IMG/VR virus record: IMGVR_UViG_3300017761_006638
Coordinates: 1 to 25,045 of that record
DNA: 25,045 bases
Source of the DNA: a virus
Taxonomy: Duplodnaviria > Caudoviricetes
Strand: one strand, 5' to 3'
Shown here piece by piece: positions 8,010 to 18,473 of the stretch. Numbering within the stretch: the stretch's first letter is position 1; each line of letters starts with the position of its first letter. The position numbers and the translations under genes are program-made. A model generated the notes under the pieces. It was not told where the DNA came from. It saw nothing but the letters and a program-made list of their open reading frames with translations, and made no database searches.

Positions 8010-8987
8010 TTAGAAATCTAATTTAACACGCACTAAAGCTTCCTTGGTGAAATCTTTTTTAAGTGGTTTTGATAATTTAGCTACAGCTAATAATTCATTA
8101 TTATCATTATACATTCCTACAGATGTAATATATGTAGTTGGATTTTGTACAAAATCATTATACAGTATAGTACCAGCACTAGCTGAAACAGAAAAACTTG
8201 GATTTACTGAGTAGTTAAATTCAGCATTTCTTGCTCTACAGAATACAAAATCTGATGTTACTGTTTCTTGGCTTTGTAAATAAAAATCATCTCCAGTTAA
8301 AGCACTAATTAAATTTGATGGGTTATTAGCATTAGTACTACCTCGGCCAGTAGTCACACCTAAAGCAGCGGCATTTAGAATTATAACTCCAACATCTGGG
8401 AATAGGTAACCATATACTCCTTCAGATCCATTTGAGACTCCATCTCCAAAACTTCCTGAACCTAGGGTAAATTTTCTTCCTCCACTAACATAATCTACAA
8501 CTGGAGTAATTTTACTATTATCTGTTATACTTATACCTTCACCAATTAATCCATTAATTTGGATACTTCCAGGCATAATAGCTTGTTTATAACGAGCTCT
8601 ATTAATTGCTATAGCATAGAAATATTCATTATTTTCAGCTGGGCCACCAAAGTTAAAAGAGGCATTCTCGTCTTCTCCAAATAATAGGTTAATAAATTGA
8701 CCATAAACTGTTCTTGAAGGAGATAAACCAGGTTTAAGAATATTATATGCTATTGACCCTGAACCTTTAGCATCTCCATAAGCGACTGCAAATTGGATTT
8801 CAGCATTATTATTTGAGTCAGGATCAATGTCATATACATTGAGGTAATATTGCCCACTAGGGCTATTACCTTGGACTGTAGAAGTAGGAAAAGCAGATAT
8901 AGAAGCAGAATAACCTACCCAAGCTGGGGCTACGATAGAATCTGCGCTAACTAAAAAATCCTCAGGATCTAATCTTTTAAATGACAT
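8010..8987 (-). CDS. Virion structural protein (baseplate/tail-collar-like), paralog 1
   Basis: FNYSVNPS...YITSVGMYNDNNELLAVAKLSKP. Confidence 0.7.
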   Translation of the reverse strand: MSFKRLDPEDFLVSADSIVAPAWVGYSASISAFPTSTVQGNSPSGQYYLNVYDIDPDSNNNAEIQFAVAYGDAKGSGSIAYNILKPGLSPSRTVYGQFINLLFGEDENASFNFGGPAENNEYFYAIAINRARYKQAIMPGSIQINGLIGEGISITDNSKITPVVDYVSGGRKFTLGSGSFGDGVSNGSEGVYGYLFPDVGVIILNAAALGVTTGRGSTNANNPSNLISALTGDDFYLQSQETVTSDFVFCRARNAEFNYSVNPSFSVSASAGTILYNDFVQNPTTYITSVGMYNDNNELLAVAKLSKPLKKDFTKEALVRVKLDF

Positions 8988-8998
8988 ATTTTATTATA

Positions 8999-9664
8999 TT
9001 AACAATTTGTATTTTTATTTAACTGTACAGGAATAGTTATTCTAGCTCCACTATCTCTACCAATAACTACTAATGAAGTAGATAATTGAGTTACACCAGC
9101 AGGGAATAAAATATTTGTAGTAGTAGATGTTAAATTAATAGTTGTACCAACTACTGTTTTAGAAACAGCAGCTCCTAATGTTGTTGTTGAATTTAAAGCA
9201 GTAGCTTGAGCTGTATTAATACCCACACCATTAAAATTACTTAATAGGCGAATATCTCCAATAGTAGCCACATAACCTGATGATTCAAATGTTTGGGTAC
9301 CACCTAAATAATTAAGTGTTTGAGGTGTAATAGCTATTGATGCTCCTTGATATAATGAAAGTACTTGGTAACCTAAATCCAGAATAGGTAGTTTTGAAGT
9401 ACCTCTTGGAAGAGTAGTTAATAAGTATTTCATTGCTTGGGTTTCATCAGGAAATGCTTCTAATAAAGGCATATTATCAATAGCTTGACCATAATATGCT
9501 GATCCTTGGGGGTTTGTAGGGTCCCACATTGTATAATCAATCTCATCATCTGCTAAAGCAAATTGTGTAATTCTAAAAGAACCATCATTTCTAGCTAATA
9601 GCTCTCTACCTTTTCTTGTTAAGATAGCATCTACTGTAACTATCGAATTATTAAGATATCCCAT
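8999..9664 (-). CDS. Virion structural protein (baseplate-associated)
   Basis: N-terminal DAILTRKGRELLA...ITQFALADDEIDY resembles tail-fibre attachment N-termini; beta-rich C-terminus; gene context. Confidence 0.65.
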   Translation of the reverse strand: MGYLNNSIVTVDAILTRKGRELLARNDGSFRITQFALADDEIDYTMWDPTNPQGSAYYGQAIDNMPLLEAFPDETQAMKYLLTTLPRGTSKLPILDLGYQVLSLYQGASIAITPQTLNYLGGTQTFESSGYVATIGDIRLLSNFNGVGINTAQATALNSTTTLGAAVSKTVVGTTINLTSTTTNILFPAGVTQLSTSLVVIGRDSGARITIPVQLNKNTNC

Positions 9665-9683
9665 TTTATATAAATTATTTTAT

Positions 9684-9692
9684 TATAAATAT
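9684..9692 (-). promoter_or_regulatory. Putative late promoter ATATTTATA
   Basis: In the gap upstream of the ATG at 9664. Confidence 0.55.
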
Positions 9693-11389
9693 TAATTAAT
9701 TAATTCTCTCTCAGTTAAATTTGTGATTATTTTATCATAATTTTCTTGTAATAACTTAGATGTATACTCAGGTTGTACAATACCAGAAAAGAAAACTCCA
9801 TCTTTAGGTTTATCAACATCTAAAATAATATATCTTCCATTTTTAACTATTCGATTTATTGAAAAATTATTAACTGGGGAAGGTGTATTAGCAATATTAC
9901 TAGAGTTTTTAACTACAGCTGTAGGAATTTGAGGAGACACCATAAAATTTAAACCATAATATCTAGGAAATACCCCAATTATAGTATATACATTATTTTT
10001 ATCATAACCAATTCTTATAAAATCTCCAGGTTTTATATCTCCAAAAGGTATAACAAATTGGTTATAATTAAGTGATTGGTTAGTATAATTTTGAATTTGA
10101 CCTGAAAAATAAATCCATAGAGCATCCCAACTTAAGGAAAAATTAGCAAATGATCCTGATGCGGCTGGTGGGTTTACAATATCAAAATATCCCCACCCCC
10201 ATTGATTTTCTTTTCCTATATAATTAACTATACCATTATTAGCTACAGGATATTGTTGAAAGATTCTTAAAAAAGAACAAGTGTAATCATCTGTTATATA
10301 AATATCTCCATCATTGTATATTTCTCCAGGGGGTAGGTTTAGGGGACGATAAAATTTAACTTGAAAAGTTAATACATCATTTTCTTCTAAATCAAAAAAT
10401 GGGCTATCACTCACATATACATTATCAAAACTACCAAAAGCAAAATCAGGATCATCATATGGATAAGGATAATATGGATTAGGATCTAAAGAAAAAAATT
10501 CAGAAATATGAATTATACTACCAGTACCTAATGTAGGTTTATTTTTAATTACTCTAAATTGAGCTTGATAATTAGGATTATTTGTATTATTTACAATATT
10601 TAAAGCTAATTTAGTAGCTATTTGAGTATTAGCATCAGCTGTAGATACATTTATTATTTTATTAAAAAATGGAGAAGTGCTAGTCCAATTAACACTCTGA
10701 CTTGGAAAATTAGGAACAGCTATAGGATCTGGTGGGAAGGTGCGTCCTCCTACAGGTATATATACATCCTGCCAATCATCAAAATAATCAGATGTAATAT
10801 CAATATCGCCACTGGTTAACCAAGCAGCATTTAAATCAAGTATAGATTGAGTTATAGGAACTGTTGAAGGACCAAAATTTGAATATTGAAGAAAATCATC
10901 AGGATTTTCACCTGTTTCAGTAACACATATTGGATATAATTCTCCAACACCTATAATTTCATGTCTACCAGTTAAAGCTCGGCCAGTAGCTGAACCAGCA
11001 ATTGTTGGGTCATATTCAATTAATTTAACAATAGCGTTTTTTCCTGGTTCAAAATTATTATTTAAATTATAAAGAGGAGCTTGACTTAGAGAAGTTGGGT
11101 CTAGTGTATCTGATGGTTTAGATATGTTACCTTCTTCATCAACTAAGTATTTAACAAAATAAGCTGTTCCTCCTAAGTATTCTGGGCCTGTTCCTCCTAC
11201 ACCATCAAAATAAGCAAAATATGTTTGATTTTGTTCAGCTACAGGGAATGAAGGATAAGTACCATAATAAAAGTGTTCTCTTCTATTTATTACATTAGGA
11301 TTATTAGTTGAAGTATTATCATTATTAACATTTTTACCTCCCCCAATTGGAGAAGTAGGATTAGAAGGAGTTGCAGTTGATGATCCCAT
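9692..11389 (-). CDS. Putative baseplate/tail structural protein
   Basis: 565-aa ORF rich in N/P/G/Y, with a low-complexity N-terminus, inside the baseplate module. Confidence 0.55.
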   Translation of the reverse strand: MGSSTATPSNPTSPIGGGKNVNNDNTSTNNPNVINRREHFYYGTYPSFPVAEQNQTYFAYFDGVGGTGPEYLGGTAYFVKYLVDEEGNISKPSDTLDPTSLSQAPLYNLNNNFEPGKNAIVKLIEYDPTIAGSATGRALTGRHEIIGVGELYPICVTETGENPDDFLQYSNFGPSTVPITQSILDLNAAWLTSGDIDITSDYFDDWQDVYIPVGGRTFPPDPIAVPNFPSQSVNWTSTSPFFNKIINVSTADANTQIATKLALNIVNNTNNPNYQAQFRVIKNKPTLGTGSIIHISEFFSLDPNPYYPYPYDDPDFAFGSFDNVYVSDSPFFDLEENDVLTFQVKFYRPLNLPPGEIYNDGDIYITDDYTCSFLRIFQQYPVANNGIVNYIGKENQWGWGYFDIVNPPAASGSFANFSLSWDALWIYFSGQIQNYTNQSLNYNQFVIPFGDIKPGDFIRIGYDKNNVYTIIGVFPRYYGLNFMVSPQIPTAVVKNSSNIANTPSPVNNFSINRIVKNGRYIILDVDKPKDGVFFSGIVQPEYTSKLLQENYDKIITNLTERELIN

Positions 11390-11400
11390 AACAAAATATT

Positions 11401-14400
11401 TTAATTAAAAGGTATATTAAAATCACGTGAAGTAATTCTTGATCCATTATATCTAATATTAGACCAAGCGTCTGAAGAATAATTTGAGTCTTGTATTAAA
11501 GCTTTACTAGCTGAAAGTGAAATAAGGAGATCAAAATTAGTAGGAGTTAGAACTCCATTAGTAAATTCTGCCTCCATATAATGAGTTGAAGTGAGATTAT
11601 TAAATGCATTACTAATAATAGGATTATTTTCATTGTAATCCCAAGGAATAAGTCTCTCTCCAACACTTGGAACAAAAGTTACATAACCATTAGATGGAAA
11701 AGCAATTGTATCAGTTGGAATTAAAGCTGGGACAGTTGGGTAATTCCAATTTCCTCCATCATCAAGATATGGTGTTCCTACTTCAACAGTTATCCAGTAA
11801 AATCCTGTTCCAAAATAATATGGTATAGTAATATAGTTTAAAGCAGATAATACATCACTAAAATCATTACCGCTACTTATAGGATTAATTTTTAAATATT
11901 CTATTGTAAAAATAGTTTCACGATTATAAACTCCATATTCATCTGTTGGGACAGGAATTATTTGTCTATTCACCCAAGCTCTAATACCACTATCTGAGGG
12001 AATAACATTATTAATAAATTCAGATAATGTTTGATTGTTACTATAAGTGTATAATACAGTATAAAAAGGAGCATCAGCTAGTGAAGGTGCTGAGGCGAAT
12101 TTATATGGGTTATTTGGATTTAATTCTCCATCAGCTGTAAATGCTTCTGTTGGATAATATGGTAATTCTCCATTATAAAACTCAGCTTGATCAGTATGAA
12201 AAGATTGGGTTAAACCTAAAGGTGTTAAAATATCTTGATACCATGATTGAGTATTATTTAAACGAGGTAATAAAGAATTAAAATCATTAAAAGTACCACC
12301 TGTTCCTCCTTCTATAAAAGCAGTATCAATAGACCCAGTATATATACTACTGCTAAAGAAAACTTGGGGTTGAACAATTTTACTTCTTTCTAATAAATGT
12401 GGTTTAATAGTAATACCTGATTTTAGATTTGTTCTAGCAGGAACAAAATCTTTGATCATATTAAATAATGAATTATCAAAATATTTTATTAAACGGATAT
12501 AGGTTATAGGACTAAGATCATTATTAACTAATATACTAGTTGCTCTTTCTTGTAAATTAGGATAGTATGGTAAAAAGGTTTGAGTTGGATTACCAATATA
12601 TGTACCTATATCAAAAGTAGAAGGAGAAAAAGCATCTATAATATAATTATCTATATCATTTTGAGGTGAAAATGTTATTTCAATTGTATTAACACTAGGT
12701 GATAAACTTTTAGGAGGATAATAATTTCTTAATATGCTTTTTTGATTTGATAAAACAAATTTAGGTATAAAAGCATAGTCAGCCTGGGTTGGGTCATTAT
12801 AATCAGGATTTAAGAGTGGAAAGAATGATTGGGATATTTGAGCAGATGTTAATATTTGAATATTATCATTTATAATATCTTTAATACCTGTTACCGGTTT
12901 AGTAGAATTCCATTCTCCTCCAAATTCTTTAACACTTAAAATAGAACTAGTAATACCAAACATACTAATAATGTTTTGCAAACCAGCTACTGTTCCTTTA
13001 GATTTTAATAAATAAGGTAAATTATGATAAATACGTTTATACATCTCCTTATTAACATCATCTATAGGTGTATAAAGGGATTGGGGTGATGTAAATTTAT
13101 AATCACTAATTTGTTCAGTATCTGGGGCACAGGGTTCAGGATTAGTAGTTCTATTTATACTTCCAGGATTAAATCCAGTAAAAGCATCAAATAAATCACT
13201 AACTGAGAAGTTATTTTGATATATTTTTAAACCAAATGATCTAACAGCATCAGCTACTAAATCTTTAGATATACCATATTCTAAACGATTATCACCATTA
13301 TAACGATTAGTAACATCTTTATAATAGATCCATATATTATCATAATATTGACCAATCATATCAATAAAAACTTTATATGGATCATTTTGAGGATCATCTG
13401 TTAAATAAGAAGGTATAGTATTAATTAAATAGTCTTTATTAATAGCATCATAAAATGAAGCACTTTCTATTAAATTATTATACCATGTAGTGACAGTAGC
13501 ATTACTACTAGTTAATAAAGTATATGGTGGAGATGTTGTACTTTTAGGATAAGTATTTGATCCAGAACTATAATAAAGATAATATTCAAATCCATCAAAA
13601 TTTTTAGTTACTTCAGATATTTTTTCTTGTAAAATATTAACACTTGAAGGTGTAGCTGAATTTATAGGAGTAATTAAATTTAAAGTATTTGTGTATTGTT
13701 CTATTAATTGGACTTTATAAAGGAAATTTTTAACTCGAGACTCAATTGAGGAGAAATGAACAAAATTAGAAAAATCAGTATAATCAATACCTATATTAAT
13801 ACTTTTTTCAGCTAAGTATGATAATATTTGATCATATGATGAAACTAAATTAGTAGTTAATAATTGTTCATAATTAATATAATCAGTTGAATTATTAGTT
13901 TTATCTTTAATTGATAAATCAAAATTAGGGCTTTTAAGAGAAAGAGCTGTGATTTGAGGTGTTATTACCTCTGGTTGGAACTGTATGTTAAAAGCTAAAG
14001 GATCAGCTGTTTGAGTAACAATCCATAATACATCTTTTAATTTATATCTTGAAGGTAAAGGTTCATATAGATTAATTAAAATATCATATGTAGTTTTAGT
14101 ATTATCAAGTAATATATTATTAGCTATAACTAAATTATTACCTCCAAAATTTAGATAGAAATCTTGAAAATATTCAGCTGAATTAGTTAATAATTTAAAG
14201 TTACTAATAAGAGAAATTAATTCATCATTAGTTATAGTATTAGATGATAGTTTTAATTCTGTTCTATCAGGTGAAATTTCTTTTATAAAATAAGGTCTAG
14301 TATCAGAAGAAGAATTTAATTGGTTTCTTAAAAATTTATATAATGTGATATAAGAACCATTACTAAAACCTTTATTTCTTAAATCTTCTTCAGGATTTAA

Positions 14401-14637
14401 ATCTATACTAAAAGCTACTCCTGTACCAGCAGCTGTGTTAGTTATAATAAATCCTTCAAGATTTTGATCTGTGATTTGGAAAGATTTATCAGGAGATGAG
14501 ACAGTGTATTCTACATAATCTATATTAGGATCAAAAACAGGACTAACTGTCTCCGGGGATAAAGCTCCTATATCTTGAGAAGAATATATTTGAGATTCTA
14601 AAGTTATAGGATCTATAGGAGTAATTATTGTAGCCAT
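11401..14637 (-). CDS. Large baseplate wedge protein (T4 gp7 / P2 gpI-like core)
   Basis: FIDMIGQYYDNIW and IYHNLPYLLKSKGTVAGLQNIISMFG (KGT motif typical of gp7/gpI-type wedge proteins); IKDFVPART; context downstream of a gp6-like gene. Confidence 0.65.
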   Translation of the reverse strand: MATIITPIDPITLESQIYSSQDIGALSPETVSPVFDPNIDYVEYTVSSPDKSFQITDQNLEGFIITNTAAGTGVAFSIDLNPEEDLRNKGFSNGSYITLYKFLRNQLNSSSDTRPYFIKEISPDRTELKLSSNTITNDELISLISNFKLLTNSAEYFQDFYLNFGGNNLVIANNILLDNTKTTYDILINLYEPLPSRYKLKDVLWIVTQTADPLAFNIQFQPEVITPQITALSLKSPNFDLSIKDKTNNSTDYINYEQLLTTNLVSSYDQILSYLAEKSINIGIDYTDFSNFVHFSSIESRVKNFLYKVQLIEQYTNTLNLITPINSATPSSVNILQEKISEVTKNFDGFEYYLYYSSGSNTYPKSTTSPPYTLLTSSNATVTTWYNNLIESASFYDAINKDYLINTIPSYLTDDPQNDPYKVFIDMIGQYYDNIWIYYKDVTNRYNGDNRLEYGISKDLVADAVRSFGLKIYQNNFSVSDLFDAFTGFNPGSINRTTNPEPCAPDTEQISDYKFTSPQSLYTPIDDVNKEMYKRIYHNLPYLLKSKGTVAGLQNIISMFGITSSILSVKEFGGEWNSTKPVTGIKDIINDNIQILTSAQISQSFFPLLNPDYNDPTQADYAFIPKFVLSNQKSILRNYYPPKSLSPSVNTIEITFSPQNDIDNYIIDAFSPSTFDIGTYIGNPTQTFLPYYPNLQERATSILVNNDLSPITYIRLIKYFDNSLFNMIKDFVPARTNLKSGITIKPHLLERSKIVQPQVFFSSSIYTGSIDTAFIEGGTGGTFNDFNSLLPRLNNTQSWYQDILTPLGLTQSFHTDQAEFYNGELPYYPTEAFTADGELNPNNPYKFASAPSLADAPFYTVLYTYSNNQTLSEFINNVIPSDSGIRAWVNRQIIPVPTDEYGVYNRETIFTIEYLKINPISSGNDFSDVLSALNYITIPYYFGTGFYWITVEVGTPYLDDGGNWNYPTVPALIPTDTIAFPSNGYVTFVPSVGERLIPWDYNENNPIISNAFNNLTSTHYMEAEFTNGVLTPTNFDLLISLSASKALIQDSNYSSDAWSNIRYNGSRITSRDFNIPFN

Positions 14638-14640
14638 TTA

Positions 14641-14997
14641 TTATAAATTTAATGAAGCTGAAGCAGCTGCTAGTTGTAGATCAGCTACTTGTTGGTTAGC
14701 AGCTAATAAATCTTGTCTCAAAATTGTTATCTCATCTAATAAAGCTTGAACATCTTCATTATTTTGTTCAAAATTTATATAATCACCACTTGTTTTAACT
14801 ATATATTCATGAGAATTAGTTGGTCCATTAGATGGGATATCATAAAAAATAGCCTCATATAAATCAAAAAATTCACTAACAGTTATAGTATCCTCTAAAG
14901 GTAGTGGTGGGGTTGACACTTGAGCAAAAGAAGTATCTATTGTATTCTCATAAGCATCTTTTTTAAAAACAGTTCTATTTAAAGGGTAATTAGCCAT
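14641..14997 (-). CDS. Hypothetical protein with C-terminal coiled coil (likely virion-associated)
   Basis: 118-aa ORF; heptad pattern VQALLDEITILRQDLLAANQQVADLQ. Confidence 0.6.
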   Translation of the reverse strand: MANYPLNRTVFKKDAYENTIDTSFAQVSTPPLPLEDTITVSEFFDLYEAIFYDIPSNGPTNSHEYIVKTSGDYINFEQNNEDVQALLDEITILRQDLLAANQQVADLQLAAASASLNL

Positions 14998-16111
14998 TTA
15001 TTACTTTAAAATAATAATTATCATCAAAAATTAATGTTGAACCACCTATAACTGTTTTAATTAAAATTTTATAATACCGCTCAGGTTCTAAACCATTCAT
15101 ATAAAGTGTGAAATAATTTCCTTGATCATCAGCACTTAATTGAGTATATTGGTTATCGAAATCTATAATAACTTCATTAGTATCCAAGTCTTTTATTGAA
15201 AAATATGAAGAAGTAGGTAAATAATAATTTTTTGTATAATAAGAAGATGTTTGGAATGATCTTGCTGGGTATGTTGGTCTACTATTAATTCTGAATTTAT
15301 TTATACTTTCAGGATAAAATAAACCTGGATTTTCGTCTAGTGCTATAGTAGCGTTAGAGGTGTTTAATATGGTATTAGTAGATGAACCTGTACTCCAAAT
15401 ATAATCTCTCCATCTAAATTCTAATTGAGGTGGATAGATAGTATGAGTGTCTCTAGAAAAATACTGCATTTTAATTTGATAATTTTCATTATCAATAAAT
15501 TCAACAGCTTGTTTAACTATTAAACCATTATTTTCTATAGTACCACTATACCAAGCTTTAACCATATTAGTGATATTAGTATTAATATCACTAGGTTCAG
15601 TGTACCCAAAACTTTGAGTTGAATATATAGGTAAAACAGTAATATTTGAAGAGCTGTAATACCAATTACCCCCACCTAAAGTACCACTATATGAAGCAGT
15701 TACATTAGTTGGATAACCACCAGTTAACCAGGCATTACTTCCTGAATATGATTTCCAATTCCAGCTGACTCCATTTTGTACTTCAGGAGAATAATTGTAT
15801 TTACCAGTTCCCATATTCCAAGAACCAAATATAGGATAGAATTCAAGTTTAGTATCTAAATTTAGTCCTTCTAAAACAGCTACATACGCTTTAAAATTAG
15901 CCTGCCATTGTGACCCACTAATTTTATTATTAATAATATCATTTATTTCTGTTAGATCAAATTGAAGTAGAAATCTACTAGTTTGAGGTAAAGGAGTAGC
16001 ATTAGTGACTGAAGTGGATGATTCTATAATTTCATCTAACCCTGTATTACGGTTAGGATATAATGAGTATATAGTAGCATCCTTAGTAGGAAATATCTTA
16101 TAAACAGCCAT
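14990..16111 (-). CDS. Virion structural protein, DNRLRE/disaggregatase-like beta-sandwich
   Basis: KDATIYS...NTGLDE, SRFLLQFD, W-rich centre, NNGLIVK, YFSRD and PQLEFRW pattern, recalled as typical of DNRLRE-type domains. Confidence 0.5.
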   Translation of the reverse strand: MAVYKIFPTKDATIYSLYPNRNTGLDEIIESSTSVTNATPLPQTSRFLLQFDLTEINDIINNKISGSQWQANFKAYVAVLEGLNLDTKLEFYPIFGSWNMGTGKYNYSPEVQNGVSWNWKSYSGSNAWLTGGYPTNVTASYSGTLGGGNWYYSSSNITVLPIYSTQSFGYTEPSDINTNITNMVKAWYSGTIENNGLIVKQAVEFIDNENYQIKMQYFSRDTHTIYPPQLEFRWRDYIWSTGSSTNTILNTSNATIALDENPGLFYPESINKFRINSRPTYPARSFQTSSYYTKNYYLPTSSYFSIKDLDTNEVIIDFDNQYTQLSADDQGNYFTLYMNGLEPERYYKILIKTVIGGSTLIFDDNYYFKVING

Positions 16112-16119
16112 TTTTTAAT

Positions 16120-16128
16120 TATAAATAT
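16120..16128 (-). promoter_or_regulatory. Putative late promoter ATATTTATA
   Basis: In the gap upstream of the ATG at 16111. Confidence 0.55.
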
Positions 16129-16134
16129 AGAAAA

Positions 16135-17982
16135 TTATAAAGATACAACACGTCCTTTAATATCACTATCAGGATTTCTAACTTCAAAAATCATTGGATC
16201 AACAGATGGATATATAATATTATCTCTATTAGCTCCAATTACATCATAAGCATAAATTGAATAACCAGATCCTGTTTTGTTAGTCACACTAACTGTTTTA
16301 ACAGTTTGAACTCCGTCTATTTTATCTAACATAATATAAATATCTTTTAAAAATATAGGTTCATTTATTTGCCAATTATCAGTATTAAAATAATCTTTAA
16401 CAGCTGTTATGCATTTAAATAAAACATCATTATTATTATAATTAGGTAAAACTATAATATCAAAATCAATACCAATATTAATAATATAACCATCTCTAAT
16501 TTTTATAGAATCATTAACTATTCTATATTGGGATAAATAAGTTTTTAAATTATTTTTTAAACCAGATGTTGCATTTTTTAATTTTTTATTAACATCATAT
16601 GCTAAAACATATAAATTAATAGATGATAAAGATTCACCAGGGAGTAAATTTTCTAATCTTTCAGGTTCAGCATATATTTTAGCTATAGAACCATATTGAG
16701 AAGGTAAACTCATAGCTCTAACTAAATAATCATCTTGAGTTACAGCTCTTAATTGAGTTCCAAATACACCTAAAGAATTAAGTTTTATTTCTTCAGGTGT
16801 ATCTCCATTTGATCCACCTGTAGCTGCTGTAGGGTTATTAACAGCTACAGATCTTATGACTTCTGAAACTAAAGTAGAGTCTAAACCTTCAGATACAGCT
16901 TTAGGTACACTCACAGTGTTTGAGGAAATGGATGTTAAAGCATTAGCTGGGATGTTAGATGAAAGTCCGCCTCCAGTTAGATATTTAATAGTTAAAGTAG
17001 TATTAGAAGGAGCTATACCATATGTACTAGTGTATAAGAAATTAGCAGGATCATAACCTGTAGTTAAATAATCATTAGTAGAGAAGAAATTCCCAACATT
17101 AGTTGGATTTGGAATTAAAGTTTCTTCAACATTAGCTGTTGTAGTACCCGCCCCAAATTGAATTTGGTAAGTTGTAGGTGATGTAAATCTAGATACAAAT
17201 CTTCTAGGAGCTTTAATAAGTTGTAAAGTATAAGGAACTTCACCTGAGTCAGAGCCAACATTTTTAGTATTATCATAAATCATTTCTTGGGCTAAGTAAG
17301 GGACTTCATACCATTTATTACCTCCATCATCAGTAATTTCTAATATTTGAATAATATCTGTGTCATTAATTTCAATAGTTTGAAATCGTTCTGGGTTTCC
17401 AAAAGTAAATGTTTTTGTTTGAATTGCAGCTGATAAGGCCTTACGTTGTTTTTTTAGTAGATAATATTCTGGATTTCCTGAGGGGCCAAGAGTTAATATA
17501 GTGGTTTGGGTTGGGTCAGTTGAACTTGAAAAAGCAAAATCTATAGTATCTTGGATTATAAAACTACTAACCCCAACTAAATTAGATGTTAAGACAGTAT
17601 TACTATTAACAAAAATAGTAAAATCATAATCTGGGGCCCAACCATCAGCTGTAAATTTAGCGGGAACTTGCTGGTAGATATCAATATCAACTGAAGCAGC
17701 GCTAGTAACTTTAGGTTTATAACCTAACATATAAGCTAAAGAATAAAGATTATTTTCTTGTCTAGCATATTGTATAAAATTTTCTTGAATTTGATTATCA
17801 AGATAAAATGATAGAACATCACCAATATAAGCTGACATTTCTAAAAATAACATCCCAGGGGATGAAGGAGAAAAGTCATTATATGTGCTAGGGAAATAGG
17901 TTTTAGTGTAATCTATAAGAGCAGTTCTTAATTCACCAAAATCTTTATTTAAATATTTAATATCTCTATTCTCAGCTGCCAT
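16135..17982 (-). CDS. Baseplate wedge protein (T4 gp6 / P2 gpJ-like)
   Basis: DFSPSSPGMLFLEMSAYIGDVLSFYLDNQIQE, LAYMLGYKP, ATGGSNGDTPEEIK and RAVTQDDY motifs; follows a gp25-like gene. Confidence 0.88.
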   Translation of the reverse strand: MAAENRDIKYLNKDFGELRTALIDYTKTYFPSTYNDFSPSSPGMLFLEMSAYIGDVLSFYLDNQIQENFIQYARQENNLYSLAYMLGYKPKVTSAASVDIDIYQQVPAKFTADGWAPDYDFTIFVNSNTVLTSNLVGVSSFIIQDTIDFAFSSSTDPTQTTILTLGPSGNPEYYLLKKQRKALSAAIQTKTFTFGNPERFQTIEINDTDIIQILEITDDGGNKWYEVPYLAQEMIYDNTKNVGSDSGEVPYTLQLIKAPRRFVSRFTSPTTYQIQFGAGTTTANVEETLIPNPTNVGNFFSTNDYLTTGYDPANFLYTSTYGIAPSNTTLTIKYLTGGGLSSNIPANALTSISSNTVSVPKAVSEGLDSTLVSEVIRSVAVNNPTAATGGSNGDTPEEIKLNSLGVFGTQLRAVTQDDYLVRAMSLPSQYGSIAKIYAEPERLENLLPGESLSSINLYVLAYDVNKKLKNATSGLKNNLKTYLSQYRIVNDSIKIRDGYIINIGIDFDIIVLPNYNNNDVLFKCITAVKDYFNTDNWQINEPIFLKDIYIMLDKIDGVQTVKTVSVTNKTGSGYSIYAYDVIGANRDNIIYPSVDPMIFEVRNPDSDIKGRVVSL

Positions 17983-18473
17983 TATAATAATATTTGTATA
18001 GTTTGAGTAACTCCATTATATACTGTAAAATTCATATTTAATTGAATAGAATTATCATCGTAATATGGGGTTAAGGTTAAATTAATTAAAGTAACATTAG
18101 GAAAATTACTTTGTATGTCATTACTTAATTTTAATTCTAAAGCTTGTAAATTATCATTTGTTATATTACTAAATAAAAATGCTCTTAAATTTCCTCCAAA
18201 ATTTGGATTTAAAACTCTTTCATTTTTATTTGTTAATATAAAATTAATTAGATTATATTTTGTTTGTTCTACAGTTGTAAAAGTTGATCTAAAAATAGAA
18301 TTACCTGTTGAATAAGCTGGGGATAGGTTAGTAGATCCTGCTGGCCATTCAGTTGAGCCTGAGAATAAGAGGTTACCAGTTGATGTACTAGTTCCATTAA
18401 AAGGAATAGCTACACCGATAGCTACTCGTTTATTAATATCTAAAGGATTTTTATTTGGTATTCTTATAGCCAT
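17982..18473 (-). CDS. Baseplate gp25/gpW-like protein (sheath polymerisation initiator)
   Basis: NLINFILTNKNERVLNPNFGGNLRAFLFS matches the gp25 T-x-x-(G)ER-x-x-x-P-x-FG motif, with N in place of G. Confidence 0.85.
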   Translation of the reverse strand: MAIRIPNKNPLDINKRVAIGVAIPFNGTSTSTGNLLFSGSTEWPAGSTNLSPAYSTGNSIFRSTFTTVEQTKYNLINFILTNKNERVLNPNFGGNLRAFLFSNITNDNLQALELKLSNDIQSNFPNVTLINLTLTPYYDDNSIQLNMNFTVYNGVTQTIQILL

